A stretch of DNA of 64,000 nucleotides, taken from an uncultured Candidatus Saccharibacteria bacterium. GTDB lineage: Bacteria; Patescibacteriota; Minisyncoccia; Phycocordibacterales; UBA2100. The notes beneath the pieces are model-generated. The model was not told where the DNA came from. It was given only the letters and a program-made list of their open reading frames with translations, and ran no database searches. This document shows, one piece after another, positions 22,181-31,383 of this stretch (the stretch's first letter is position 1; every line of letters starts with the position of its first letter). The DNA lies in NCBI GenBank assembly GCA_964623775.1, contig CAZUVH010000006.1, positions 4,256-68,255 of the forward strand, in the 5' to 3' direction. The position numbers and the translations under genes were made by a program.

Positions 22181-22840
22181 ATGAAAACGCCTCGTGAGAT
22201 CTACGCGGCATACAAGATCATGCCGAATTTGCAGCTCCACCAGCTGCGTGTCGCGGCAGTGGGGAAGCGTATCGCCGAGAGTGCGCCCTACGCCCTTGAT
22301 GTGAATTCGATCGTTCTCGCAAGCCTTTTTCACGACATGGGTAACATCATAAAATCTGATTTTTCCGTTTTCCCCGAATTCGCAGAGCCGGAGGGTGTCG
22401 AGCATTGGGAAAAGGTAAAAGCAGACTTTATTCAAAAATACGGACAGAAAACTCATCGGGCCAATGTCATGATCGCTCAGGAGCTAAAGCTCTCGCGGCG
22501 GGTGGTCGATATTATCGATGCGGTCGGCTTTTCAAATATCAAAAACGTCTCAGATGCCGACTTGTGGGAAGAGAAGATCGTGGAATATTCGGATTGTCGC
22601 GTAGGACCCAAGGGCGTGCTTTCCCTCAAAGACCGTCACGAAGAGGCGCATCATCGGTACATGTCACATATGCCGCAGAGTGAAAAGTATTCAGAAGATG
22701 AATATATGCAATTGATCGCTTCGGCCGCGGCGATTGAGACCCAAATCTTCGCCATGAGCCTGATCGCTCCGTCCGACATAACCGACGCCGCGATCGCACC
22801 GATCATTGAGCAATTGTGGGACTATCCCGTCACGGCGTAG
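22181..22840 (+). CDS. HD-domain phosphohydrolase
   Basis: LFHDMGN HD motif with further conserved H and D downstream. Confidence 0.6.
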   Translation: MKTPREIYAAYKIMPNLQLHQLRVAAVGKRIAESAPYALDVNSIVLASLFHDMGNIIKSDFSVFPEFAEPEGVEHWEKVKADFIQKYGQKTHRANVMIAQELKLSRRVVDIIDAVGFSNIKNVSDADLWEEKIVEYSDCRVGPKGVLSLKDRHEEAHHRYMSHMPQSEKYSEDEYMQLIASAAAIETQIFAMSLIAPSDITDAAIAPIIEQLWDYPVTA

Positions 22841-22871
22841 AAAAGCAATACCTGTAAGATATAATGGTCTA

Positions 22872-23468
22872 ATGTTATCGAAGGATGCATTGGAGGAGCT
22901 TTACTTACAAAAAAGACTGCCGGTATCGTTCATAGCTAGTCGATTAAAATGCTCGGAAGGCAAGATAAATTACTGGCTTGCCGAGTATAAAATTCAAAAA
23001 CGAACGATCAGCGACGCCATATACAACAAATGGAATCCGCTGGGAGACCCTTTCTCAATAAAGAAACCAAGAACGATTGAGCAGGCCATCCTTTACGGTA
23101 TCGGAATCGGACTGTACTGGGGTGAGGGCACGAAAAGTAATAAAGTCTCAGTCCGACTAGGTAACACCGATCCGCGACTGATAAAAAAATTCATTCAATT
23201 TCTAACAAACATATATCAGATCGATAAAAGGAAGCTACACTTCGGGCTGCAGATTTTTTCAGACATGAACGCCGATGTGGCACTTGATTTCTGGACATCC
23301 GCATTAAAAATTTCTCGGAAACAATTCTACAAAGTAATCGTTACTCCGTATCGCGGGGTAGGGAACTATCGCCAGAAAACAAAACACGGTGTTCTTACGG
23401 TTTACTTCAACAACAGAAAATTGCGTGATATTATCTGCCATGCCATCGAAGAACAATCGATGAGCTAA
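22872..23468 (+). CDS. LAGLIDADG-like (single-motif) homing endonuclease or maturase with an N-terminal helix-turn-helix; stop abuts the tRNA-Thr 5' end
   Basis: AILYGIGIGLYWGEGTK fits the G-L-x-x-x-[DE]-G LAGLIDADG pattern; the stop TAA at 23466..23468 lies immediately before tRNA nucleotide 1 at 23469. Confidence 0.55.
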   Translation: MLSKDALEELYLQKRLPVSFIASRLKCSEGKINYWLAEYKIQKRTISDAIYNKWNPLGDPFSIKKPRTIEQAILYGIGIGLYWGEGTKSNKVSVRLGNTDPRLIKKFIQFLTNIYQIDKRKLHFGLQIFSDMNADVALDFWTSALKISRKQFYKVIVTPYRGVGNYRQKTKHGVLTVYFNNRKLRDIICHAIEEQSMS

Positions 23469-23726
23469 GCCGACGTAGCTCAGTTGGTAGAGCACGTCCT
23501 TGGTAAAGAAAATTGCCCGCTGGTGGAGCAATCTACCAGATGTAACTCGAATAACGGTTAAAGGCCTCCCGGAGGTTCAGACCGTGGCGAATCGACCGGA
23601 TTCGCCCGAACGACTGACAAGAGCGACTCACGTAGTCGAATATACAGTCTAATCCTCTGATAATTCATAAACAGAGGTAGGAAATGAAGGACGAGGTCAC
23701 CGGTTCAATCCCGGTCGTCGGCTCCA
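23469..23726 (+). tRNA. tRNA-Thr (GGU) interrupted by a group I intron; CCA encoded
   Basis: Exon 1 23469..23504 (GCCGACGTAGCTCAGTTGGTAGAGCACGTCCTTGGT) and exon 2 23687..23726 (AAGGACGAGGTCACCGGTTCAATCCCGGTCGTCGGCTCCA) give an anticodon loop UUGGUAA and a perfect acceptor stem. Confidence 0.75.
23505..23686 (+). other. Small group I-like intron (about 182 nt) in tRNA-Thr(GGU)
   Basis: 5' splice site after U36 and a terminal G at 23686; internal GACTG..CAGTC (P7-like) and CGACTCACGTAGTCG hairpins. Less clearly conserved than the tRNA-Asp intron. Confidence 0.55.
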
Positions 23727-23781
23727 AATGCTAGGGCTATATGCAGGCCACTTTAAAAAATTAAAGTGGTATGATGTTACG

Positions 23782-24267
23782 ATGAACGCAAAGAAGCCCA
23801 GGACCCCGTGTCGCAATTGTGGTAAAGAGCCTTATCGTTCATACTACAAATACTGCAGCAACGTGTGTCAGATCGAATACCAATTCACACTCTATATCGC
23901 AAGATGGAAAAGAGGAGAGGTGAGCGGTTTGCAGACTATCGGTACTGTCTCGCCGCATCTCAAAAGATACCTTCGTCAGAAATTTGGAAACAAGTGTTGT
24001 TTATGCGGATGGGCCGCTGTCAATAAAAAAACCGGCCTCGTTCCGCTTGTTGCCGATCATATAGATGGAGATTGGCGAAACAATATCGAGGATAATCTAA
24101 GGCTCTTGTGCCCCAATTGTGATTCACTCAGTCCCACCTTTGCAGCTTTGAACAAAGGTAACGGAAGAAAGAACCGGGCAGTAAGTAATCGCGTCAAAGA
24201 AGGTCGTATGCTGATTGAAAAACAACGCATTAAGAGAAAGATCCGCGTATTACCGTATTCTGTTTGA
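23782..24267 (+). CDS. HNH endonuclease
   Basis: CCLCGW..ADHIDGDWRNNIEDNLRLLCPNCDS is an HNH/His-Me finger motif; the alternative start at 23728 would abut the tRNA 3' end. Confidence 0.7.
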   Translation: MNAKKPRTPCRNCGKEPYRSYYKYCSNVCQIEYQFTLYIARWKRGEVSGLQTIGTVSPHLKRYLRQKFGNKCCLCGWAAVNKKTGLVPLVADHIDGDWRNNIEDNLRLLCPNCDSLSPTFAALNKGNGRKNRAVSNRVKEGRMLIEKQRIKRKIRVLPYSV

Positions 24268-24304
24268 ATGAGTCATGATGTGCTATATTCTTATCTCATA
24301 CACT

Positions 24305-24377
24305 GCCGCCTTAGCTCAGTTGGTAGAGCACAGCTTTCGTAAAGCTGGGGTCCGGAGTTCGATCCTCCGAGGCGGCT
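24305..24377 (+). tRNA. tRNA-Thr (CGU)
   Basis: GCCGCCTTAGCTCAGTTGGTAGAGCACAGCTTTCGTAAAGCTGGGGTCCGGAGTTCGATCCTCCGAGGCGGCT folds as a canonical cloverleaf; only CA follows the discriminator. Confidence 0.8.
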
Positions 24378-24396
24378 CAGGTTATACTTAACAACC

Positions 24397-25395
24397 ATGA
24401 TCAAAAGATTTTTATTCGCTTTTTGGGGTCCGATTCTTGCAACGATAGTCGGGCTCATTGCAGTCGCTCTGTGGGGTGGGGTCACCGCATTCGTGATTGC
24501 AATCCTGCTCGTGATTCTTGAAGTCACGCTCTCGTTCGACAACGCCGTCGTCAATGCAAAAGTACTAAAGCAATTGTCTGAGAAATGGCAGCACCGATTC
24601 CTCACATGGGGTATTTTCGTCTCGGTCGTCCTGACACGAGCACTGTTGCCGATCGCGATTGTCGCGATATCGACCGGCGTTTCCTATTTCACGATCGCGC
24701 ACATCGCGCTCTATGACTCAGAGCACTATGCCGAGCTCCTTGAAGGCGCGCACATTATCATCTCGGCATTCGGCGGCATTTTCCTGACCATCGTCGGCCT
24801 CAGGTACTTCTTCGATAAAGAAAAACAAGTGCATTGGATTCAGTCGGTCGAGAAGAAACTGGCCGAATGGGGGACGATCGAATCTGTCGTTATCGGCCTC
24901 GCGCTCCTCATCCTTTTCATAATCGCGTTTGCACTACCCGATCACCGCACCGAAGTCTTGTTCTCGGGGCTCGCAGGCGTGCTGGTATTCATCGTATTGC
25001 AGGGAATCATCAGTGCGTTTGGCGCCGAGTCGTACAAAATGCATCACACTGGCTTCGCACTTTTCGCGTATCTCAACGTCCTCGACGCAGCCTTCTCTCT
25101 CGATAGCGTCGTCGGAGCATTCGCGCTCTCGACGCAGCTTCCCGTCATCATCGTCGGCCTCGGCGCGGGTGCGTATTTCGTCCGATCACTCACCGTCTAC
25201 ATGGTGCAACACAAAGTCCTCGATGAACTCATATACATCGAGCACGGAGCGCACTGGGCGATCCTCGGTCTTGCCGGCGCGATGCTCGGGAGCATGTTCA
25301 TTAATTTGCCCGAGCCCATCACGGGCTTGATCGGTCTCACGCTCGTCATACTCGCGTACATTTCTTCGATTAAAATCGAAAACAAGACCCTATAA
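24397..25395 (+). CDS. TerC/DUF475-family integral membrane protein
   Basis: EVTLSFDNAVVNA motif repeated in the second half (SLDSVVGAFALS); about 9 TM helices. Confidence 0.5.
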   Translation: MIKRFLFAFWGPILATIVGLIAVALWGGVTAFVIAILLVILEVTLSFDNAVVNAKVLKQLSEKWQHRFLTWGIFVSVVLTRALLPIAIVAISTGVSYFTIAHIALYDSEHYAELLEGAHIIISAFGGIFLTIVGLRYFFDKEKQVHWIQSVEKKLAEWGTIESVVIGLALLILFIIAFALPDHRTEVLFSGLAGVLVFIVLQGIISAFGAESYKMHHTGFALFAYLNVLDAAFSLDSVVGAFALSTQLPVIIVGLGAGAYFVRSLTVYMVQHKVLDELIYIEHGAHWAILGLAGAMLGSMFINLPEPITGLIGLTLVILAYISSIKIENKTL

Positions 25396-25410
25396 GGGTA
25401 TACTCGAGAG

Positions 25411-26319
25411 ATGCCGAAAGATAAAATCGAGGCGCGCATCAAAGAGATAGAGGGAGCGATGGGAAGCCCCGATTTTTGGAATGATAAAGACAGGGCGCAG
25501 GCAGTACTCAAGGAATATCAGGATTTGAAGGCCAAGCTTGCGGGTGGAGGGGGATACGACAAGAGTGACGCGATCGTCACGATCGTCTCCGGCGCTGGAG
25601 GCGACGATGCGGAGGATTTCTCGCGCATGCTTTTTTCCATGTACGGCAAATACGTAGCGGGCCGCGGATGGCGCATCTCAATGCTCTCGTCCAATGAAAA
25701 TTCAATGGGTGGATTTCGAAGTGTTTCGTTTGAGGTAATCGGTGGCGGAGCCTACGGTGCGCTCAAGAACGAGGCGGGCGTCCATCGCCTTGTGCGCATG
25801 TCACCGTTCAATTCCGCCGGCAAACGCCAGACATCATTTTCACTCGTCGAGGTCCTGCCGAAGCTCCCAGATGTAGGAGAGGCGCATGTCCCCGAGAGCG
25901 ATCTCGAGATCACCGTGGCCCGCTCAGGCGGCCCTGGTGGGCAGAATGTGAATAAGCGTGACACTGCGGTGCGCATGACGCACAGGCCGACCGGCATCTC
26001 CGTGCATGTCACGAGCGAGCGCAGCCAGGTACAAAACAAAGAGAAGGCGCTCGAAATGATCCGCGGCAAACTCTTCCAGATGAAACAGGAGGCCCAGCTG
26101 CGCGAATCACGCGGCCTCTCCGTCGCCTCGAGCACCAAGATCGAGTGGGGGAGTCAGATCCGCTCCTATGTGCTCCACCCATACCAGTTGGTCAAAGACC
26201 ACCGCACCAATCATGAAGAGAGAAACGTCGATAAGGTGCTTGAGGGCAGCATTCAGCCATTTATTGATGCAGAAAAAGATCTGGAACACGGCGCTATTAT
26301 AGAGAACACGGACGTTTAG
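25411..26319 (+). CDS. prfB: Peptide chain release factor 2 (short form, no programmed frameshift)
   Basis: SPF tripeptide ([14 protein letters not shown]) and GGQ ([11 protein letters not shown]). At 302 aa it is N-terminally shortened relative to E. coli RF2, and no in-frame TGA or upstream frame is present. Confidence 0.8.
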   Translation: MPKDKIEARIKEIEGAMGSPDFWNDKDRAQAVLKEYQDLKAKLAGGGGYDKSDAIVTIVSGAGGDDAEDFSRMLFSMYGKYVAGRGWRISMLSSNENSMGGFRSVSFEVIGGGAYGALKNEAGVHRLVRMSPFNSAGKRQTSFSLVEVLPKLPDVGEAHVPESDLEITVARSGGPGGQNVNKRDTAVRMTHRPTGISVHVTSERSQVQNKEKALEMIRGKLFQMKQEAQLRESRGLSVASSTKIEWGSQIRSYVLHPYQLVKDHRTNHEERNVDKVLEGSIQPFIDAEKDLEHGAIIENTDV

Positions 26320-26351
26320 TAAGATCGAATCAACGGAGTTACAATATTTTC

Positions 26352-26720
26352 ATGTCTTTAAATGAAGCTCCGAGAATAGTTCAAGGTGAACGTACACAGG
26401 AAAAAATCAGAAATGCCGCAGTTTTGTACAAAGGAAAAATATATGAGGGTGCTAGCCATGGACACGCTTTCGGCGAGCTTTTAAAGGAGTTAAAAATTAG
26501 CGACCCAGAATTGTTTAAAAAAGTGCATGGTGACGAATTCGAGCTTGTTACGATATTAGAGGCCGAGGAGGGTGGTTCAAGCAATTTTGAGGGTTTTGTC
26601 ACAAATACTGGCAGATACGTCGGCAGATCTGAGGCGACCGTCATCGCCGAACGAGCACGACAGCTGAAAAAACGAAAAGATTTGGGCAGCGACCTGTACT
26701 CCGAAGATTTGGTCGGCTGA
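26352..26720 (+). CDS. Hypothetical protein (122 aa)
   Basis: Clean ORF, no family recognised. Confidence 0.4.
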   Translation: MSLNEAPRIVQGERTQEKIRNAAVLYKGKIYEGASHGHAFGELLKELKISDPELFKKVHGDEFELVTILEAEEGGSSNFEGFVTNTGRYVGRSEATVIAERARQLKKRKDLGSDLYSEDLVG

Positions 26721-26788
26721 GTCACAGTTCCTGTCCCGTTAAAAATGAATTTTCACGATTCGCACATTAGGCGGTATAATTATCTGCG

Positions 26789-27478
26789 TTGTTTATGATC
26801 TATTACGACAAGGTTACGAAGCAGTACGCAGACACCGCGCTCCCCGCGGTCGCAGATATCAACCTTCATATAGAGCCGGGAGAATTCGTCTCAATCGTGG
26901 GTCACTCCGGCGCGGGCAAGACGACACTCCTCAAGATGCTTTTTGCGGAAGTGTATCCTACCGAGGGCACGGTGCATTTCGGCTCTCACGATATCGCCAA
27001 GTTGAAAAACGGCGATCTTCTCCGATTGCGCCGCAATATCGGCACTATTTTTCAGGACTTCCGGCTTCTTCCCACAAAAACTGTTTATGAAAATATCGCA
27101 TTCGCACTCGAAGTGGCGGGCAAATCCGACGAAGATATCGAGGCCGATGTGCCGCACGTGCTTGATCTCGTGGGCTTAAGCGAGAAGATCTGGAGTTTCC
27201 CCAACGCACTCTCCGGAGGGGAGCAACAGCGAGTCGCGATCGCCCGCGCAATCGTCAATCAGCCCGATGTTCTTATTGCCGATGAGCCGACGGGTAATCT
27301 TGATCCGATCAATACACACGATGTCGTCGGTATCCTCAAGAAGATCAATGACTTGGGCACGACCGTCATTCTCACGACGCACAATAAATCCGTCGTCGAT
27401 TCCGTGGGTCGCCGCGTGGTCACCATGGATCAGGGCAGGATCGTGCGTGACGATCGGCAGGGGAAATACGTCTTGTGA
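26789..27478 (+). CDS. ftsE: Cell division ATP-binding protein FtsE
   Basis: Walker A GHSGAGKTTLLK, ABC signature LSGGEQQRVAIARA, Walker B LIADEPTGNLD; about 228 aa, followed by ftsX. Confidence 0.85.
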   Translation: MFMIYYDKVTKQYADTALPAVADINLHIEPGEFVSIVGHSGAGKTTLLKMLFAEVYPTEGTVHFGSHDIAKLKNGDLLRLRRNIGTIFQDFRLLPTKTVYENIAFALEVAGKSDEDIEADVPHVLDLVGLSEKIWSFPNALSGGEQQRVAIARAIVNQPDVLIADEPTGNLDPINTHDVVGILKKINDLGTTVILTTHNKSVVDSVGRRVVTMDQGRIVRDDRQGKYVL

Positions 27479-27511
27479 AATAACGAGCCGAAGGCGACTA
27501 TATTTCACTAG

Positions 27512-27625
27512 ACCCAGCACCACTTTTGTATGCACAGCAATTTTCCACCTAGCAACCTCGTTGAGAGCGTTCCAACCAACGCGTATAATGTACCTATGGT
27601 TTTGTATACAAAAGTGGTGCTGGGT
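27512..27625. repeat. Perfect 19 to 20-bp inverted repeat (ACCCAGCACCACTTTTGTAT / ATACAAAAGTGGTGCTGGGT) enclosing a sigma-70 promoter
   Basis: Arms at 27512..27531 and 27606..27625; the loop contains TTGAGA-17-TATAAT. Confidence 0.5.
27561..27589 (+). promoter_or_regulatory. Sigma-70-type promoter for ftsX (TTGAGA-17 nt-TATAAT)
   Basis: -35 at 27561..27566 and -10 at 27584..27589 with a 17-nt spacer, about 80 nt upstream of the ftsX ATG. Confidence 0.5.
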
Positions 27626-27668
27626 GTAAGAGTTTCTAAGCTCGTAATACTCGTTAAGAATCTCTAAC

Positions 27669-28598
27669 ATGGCTCTCTGGGTTAATGTCAAACGTGTCAC
27701 TCGCTATGGCCTCATTGGTTTCATACGCAACGGCTTCGTCTCACTCTCGGCGATCCTGATCATGACGATCACGCTCTTCGTGGTCGCCTCGCTCCTCATC
27801 TCGGGAGCGGCACTGCGCTCTGTGCTCGCTGACCTCACGAGCAAGGTGGACGTAACGGTTTATTTTCTTCCCACTGCTGCGCAGTCGCAGATAGACAATG
27901 CAAAGAGAGATCTTGAGAGCCTGCCGCAGGTTGCCTCCGTCACGTATGAGAGCCCCGAGCAAGCGCTTGAGCAATTCAGGGAGCGTCACAAGGGTAATCA
28001 GGTAGAGCTGCAGGCGCTCGATCTCTTGAGCAGCAATCCCTTCGGTGCGGCGCTCGAGATTCGCGCCAAGCAGACCTCTCAATACGAGAGCATTGCAAAG
28101 TACCTCAGTGATAAGCAGGCCTCCGATCAGGCGCTCGCCTCCGCTATTCACGACGTCAATTTCTACCAAAACAAAACCGCAATCGATCGACTCACGGCCA
28201 TCATAGAAACAAGTCAGCGTCTTGGAGTTGCACTTGCCATCGTGCTCGGACTCTCCTCGCTCCTCATCGCATTCAACACTGTGCGCCTCGCCATCTACAC
28301 GGCACGCGACGAGATCGGCGTGATGAATCTTGTCGGTGCGGGCCACTGGTTCGTGCGCGGCCCCTTTATGATCGCGGGCATATTGTACGGAGCCGTGAGC
28401 GGCGTCATCGTCCTCGCGGTCATGTATCCACTTGCCGCCTGGATCGGCCCTGCTTCTGAGCAATTTTTCGGCACGTTCAACGTCTTTACGTACTTCATCA
28501 GCTCATTCGCATTTCTTTTCTTTGTCGTGATGGGTTCCGGCATCGTTCTCGGCGCGCTATCCAGCTATCTGGCAGTACGTAGGTATTTGTACACGTAA
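27669..28598 (+). CDS. ftsX: Cell division permease FtsX
   Basis: 309 aa with an N-terminal TM helix, a periplasmic domain and three C-terminal TM helices; follows ftsE. Confidence 0.8.
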   Translation: MALWVNVKRVTRYGLIGFIRNGFVSLSAILIMTITLFVVASLLISGAALRSVLADLTSKVDVTVYFLPTAAQSQIDNAKRDLESLPQVASVTYESPEQALEQFRERHKGNQVELQALDLLSSNPFGAALEIRAKQTSQYESIAKYLSDKQASDQALASAIHDVNFYQNKTAIDRLTAIIETSQRLGVALAIVLGLSSLLIAFNTVRLAIYTARDEIGVMNLVGAGHWFVRGPFMIAGILYGAVSGVIVLAVMYPLAAWIGPASEQFFGTFNVFTYFISSFAFLFFVVMGSGIVLGALSSYLAVRRYLYT

Positions 28599-28602
28599 AA
28601 TT

Positions 28603-30249
28603 ATGGCCGAAGCGAGCGCAAATCCGAAATACATTTTCGTAGTTGGCGGAGTCATGTCCGGCATCGGCAAGGGTGTCGCCTCATCCTCTATTGCTCGCAT
28701 ACTCAAATCCAAGGGCTACAAAGTGACTGCCATCAAGATCGATCCATATATCAACGTCGATGCGGGCACCATGAATCCGACAGAGCATGGCGAGGTCTTT
28801 GTCCTCGACGACGGATACGAGACAGACCAAGACATGGGCAATTACGAGCGTTTCCTCGATGAATCGCTGCCGTCGATCAACTACATGACGACCGGTCGCG
28901 TGTATCAGGAAGTCATCCGCCGCGAGAGGAACCTCGAATACAAAGGCAAGAATGTCGAGGTCGTTCCCGATGTACCACTCGAAGTCATTCGTCGCATACA
29001 GGAGGCGCAAAAGGCCGCCAAGTCCGACGTCACGATCATCGAGATCGGCGGTACGATCGGTGAGTATCAAAACATTATTTTCCTCGAAGCGGCCCGCATG
29101 CTCAAAAATAGATTCCCGCGCGACGTGGCGGTCGTTATGGTCTCATACCTGCCGGTGCCGGGAAATATCGGCGAAATGAAGACGAAGCCCACACAATATG
29201 CAGCGCGAAGCCTCAATTCGGTAGGACTCCAGGCCGACGTGATTTTGGCGCGCGCGTCGACCGCAATAGATGCAAAACGCAAGGAAAAAATCGCGATCTT
29301 CTGCAACATCAATCCGGATCACGTAATCTCTGCTCCCGATCTCCAAACCATCTACGAGGCCCCGCTCAATTACGAGAAAGATGGCATGGGCGATATTCTC
29401 TGTGACGTTCTCGGACTCGAGAAACGCAAGACCGACCTGTCGGACTGGGAAGCGTTTGTCAAAAAGATAAAGAATGGCAGCAGGGAAATAAAGATTGCTG
29501 TCGTTGGCAAATACTTCATGTCGGGCGAGTACGTCCTCTCGGATGTGTATATTTCAGTCATCGAGGCTATCAAGCATGCGGCGGCGTATCAGGATGTGAA
29601 AGTATCGCTCGCGTATCTTGATTCCGAAGAATACGAGCGTGATCCCAAGAAGCTTGAGGAGTTGCGGCAGTACGCCGGAATCGTCGTTCCCGGAGGTTTT
29701 GGTTCGCGCGGCGTTGAGGGGATTGTGCAGGCGATCAAATTCGTTCGTGAAAACAAAATCCCGTACCTCGGTCTTTGCTACGGCATGCAGTGGATGGTCG
29801 TCGAATGTGCGCGCAACATGGCAGGCCTCAAAGACGCCAACACCGCCGAGGTCAATAAAGACGCGCCGCATCCGGTCATCGACATCATGGAGGATCAGAA
29901 AGAAAAGGTCATCAAGCAAGATTTTGGCGGTACGATGCGCCTCGGCACGTACCCATGCGCACTTACTCCAGGGAGCGTGGCACGCGAGGCGTATGGGAAA
30001 GACCAAATCGACGAGCGTCACCGCCACCGCTACGAAGTAAATCCAAAGTATATTGAGCAGATCGAAAAAGCCGGACTTGTCTTCAGTGGGAAGTCCCCAT
30101 CGGGCGTTCTTATGGAAATAGCCGAATTGCCCAAGAACGTACACCCATTTTTCGTCGGATCACAATTCCATCCCGAGCTTCTCTCGCGCCCACTTTCTCC
30201 GCACCCGCTTTTCACTGCGTTCATCAAGGCTGCCTCGAAAGCACGTTGA
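28603..30249 (+). CDS. pyrG: CTP synthase
   Basis: N-terminus KYIFVVGGVMSGIGKGV..; C-terminal glutamine amidotransferase domain with GLCYGMQ and HRHRYEVN. Confidence 0.95.
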   Translation: MAEASANPKYIFVVGGVMSGIGKGVASSSIARILKSKGYKVTAIKIDPYINVDAGTMNPTEHGEVFVLDDGYETDQDMGNYERFLDESLPSINYMTTGRVYQEVIRRERNLEYKGKNVEVVPDVPLEVIRRIQEAQKAAKSDVTIIEIGGTIGEYQNIIFLEAARMLKNRFPRDVAVVMVSYLPVPGNIGEMKTKPTQYAARSLNSVGLQADVILARASTAIDAKRKEKIAIFCNINPDHVISAPDLQTIYEAPLNYEKDGMGDILCDVLGLEKRKTDLSDWEAFVKKIKNGSREIKIAVVGKYFMSGEYVLSDVYISVIEAIKHAAAYQDVKVSLAYLDSEEYERDPKKLEELRQYAGIVVPGGFGSRGVEGIVQAIKFVRENKIPYLGLCYGMQWMVVECARNMAGLKDANTAEVNKDAPHPVIDIMEDQKEKVIKQDFGGTMRLGTYPCALTPGSVAREAYGKDQIDERHRHRYEVNPKYIEQIEKAGLVFSGKSPSGVLMEIAELPKNVHPFFVGSQFHPELLSRPLSPHPLFTAFIKAASKAR

Positions 30250-31322
30250 TCAATTCTATGCGTGAAGGTGGTCGACAGGATTGGAAGAGACCCTCGTCTT
30301 CGCCTCGGGAAAAGCAACGACCGCCGGCGGAAGTGTTGCGGGAACGCGCCCGAAAAGGCGAATGGGATCCTGATATCTGGTATCAACAGATGATGGACTC
30401 GGGCATGGTAGCTACGGAAGAAGACGCTCTAATATCGCGAAGAAAATTCCTGCTCGGTGCGGGAGCGGTTGCCGCAACACTCGTAATAGACAATGTCGGC
30501 AAATTCACTCCGCTCGCAAAATGGCTTGATGACAAAGTTGTGGGTCAGTACGACTACGATGCGGAAGTCAGTCGGGCGAAAAGCTATCTCAAGGAAAGAT
30601 ATGGTATTGACCTCGTAATGGGGGAGGACAAAAATAGAGAGCAAATTTTAGGTGACCCAGTGACTCTGGAAAAATACCGAACGACACTTCGAATTCTCTT
30701 TCAAGAAATATCAAAATATCCTCCTGAGATGATCCATAAGATGAGAGAAGGGCGTGTTTTCGAAATTCGAATAGTTCATACGCTCTACCGTAAAGATATA
30801 GGTAATCCGGATATACCACCAAAGCGTGTAGCGGGCACAGCTCTATGGCCCTCAGAAAAAGGGCCGACAAGAGTTGCCTTAGATGCGGGCTTTGACGAGT
30901 TTTTTCAAAGAAAAAACATCCATCACGAACTTAACCACAAGTTTGCTGAACGTAATTGGCAAGAAAGGGATAAAAAATGGGTTAGTTTTCATGCCGCAGT
31001 GTCGGTGAAACCATATCACCCAGAAAGTGCGAACGTATCGTCGGACGTGATGGCCGAAGAGCGCTACTTCCTAACTAAATATGCGTCATCAGCACCGCCT
31101 GAAGATCAAGCCGTTTGTGCAGAGTGGATGATGACGCCTTCTTTACATGTTATTTTTCTTGACCGATGGCGGAACGAAAAGGACCCAGTCACAAAAGATA
31201 TTCTTGCGGCAAAATACATTGAGACAAAGAAGAATTACTCTGACTGGAGCGATGGGAAAATAGGGGATGCTTTTTGGGAATCAATCATTGCGCAGGGCGA
31301 GAAGGAGAGAGGGTCAAAATAA
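30246..31322 (+). CDS. Putative Tat-secreted protein with an HExxH motif (possible zinc peptidase)
   Basis: SRRKFLLGAGAVAATLV twin-arginine-like signal and HHELNH, a single motif only. Confidence 0.4.
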   Translation: MINSMREGGRQDWKRPSSSPREKQRPPAEVLRERARKGEWDPDIWYQQMMDSGMVATEEDALISRRKFLLGAGAVAATLVIDNVGKFTPLAKWLDDKVVGQYDYDAEVSRAKSYLKERYGIDLVMGEDKNREQILGDPVTLEKYRTTLRILFQEISKYPPEMIHKMREGRVFEIRIVHTLYRKDIGNPDIPPKRVAGTALWPSEKGPTRVALDAGFDEFFQRKNIHHELNHKFAERNWQERDKKWVSFHAAVSVKPYHPESANVSSDVMAEERYFLTKYASSAPPEDQAVCAEWMMTPSLHVIFLDRWRNEKDPVTKDILAAKYIETKKNYSDWSDGKIGDAFWESIIAQGEKERGSK

Positions 31323-31383
31323 GGTCATTGCGCAGTGCCCCTGGCGCGTTATATTTGCACAAGACAATCAAGGGGTATGACCG

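Noticed and set aside
25330-25420. Searched for the prfB programmed frameshift site (short upstream ORF ending CUU UGA C)
   Set aside because: Only 15 nt separate the upstream gene stop from the prfB ATG and there is no in-frame TGA; no frameshift cassette is present.
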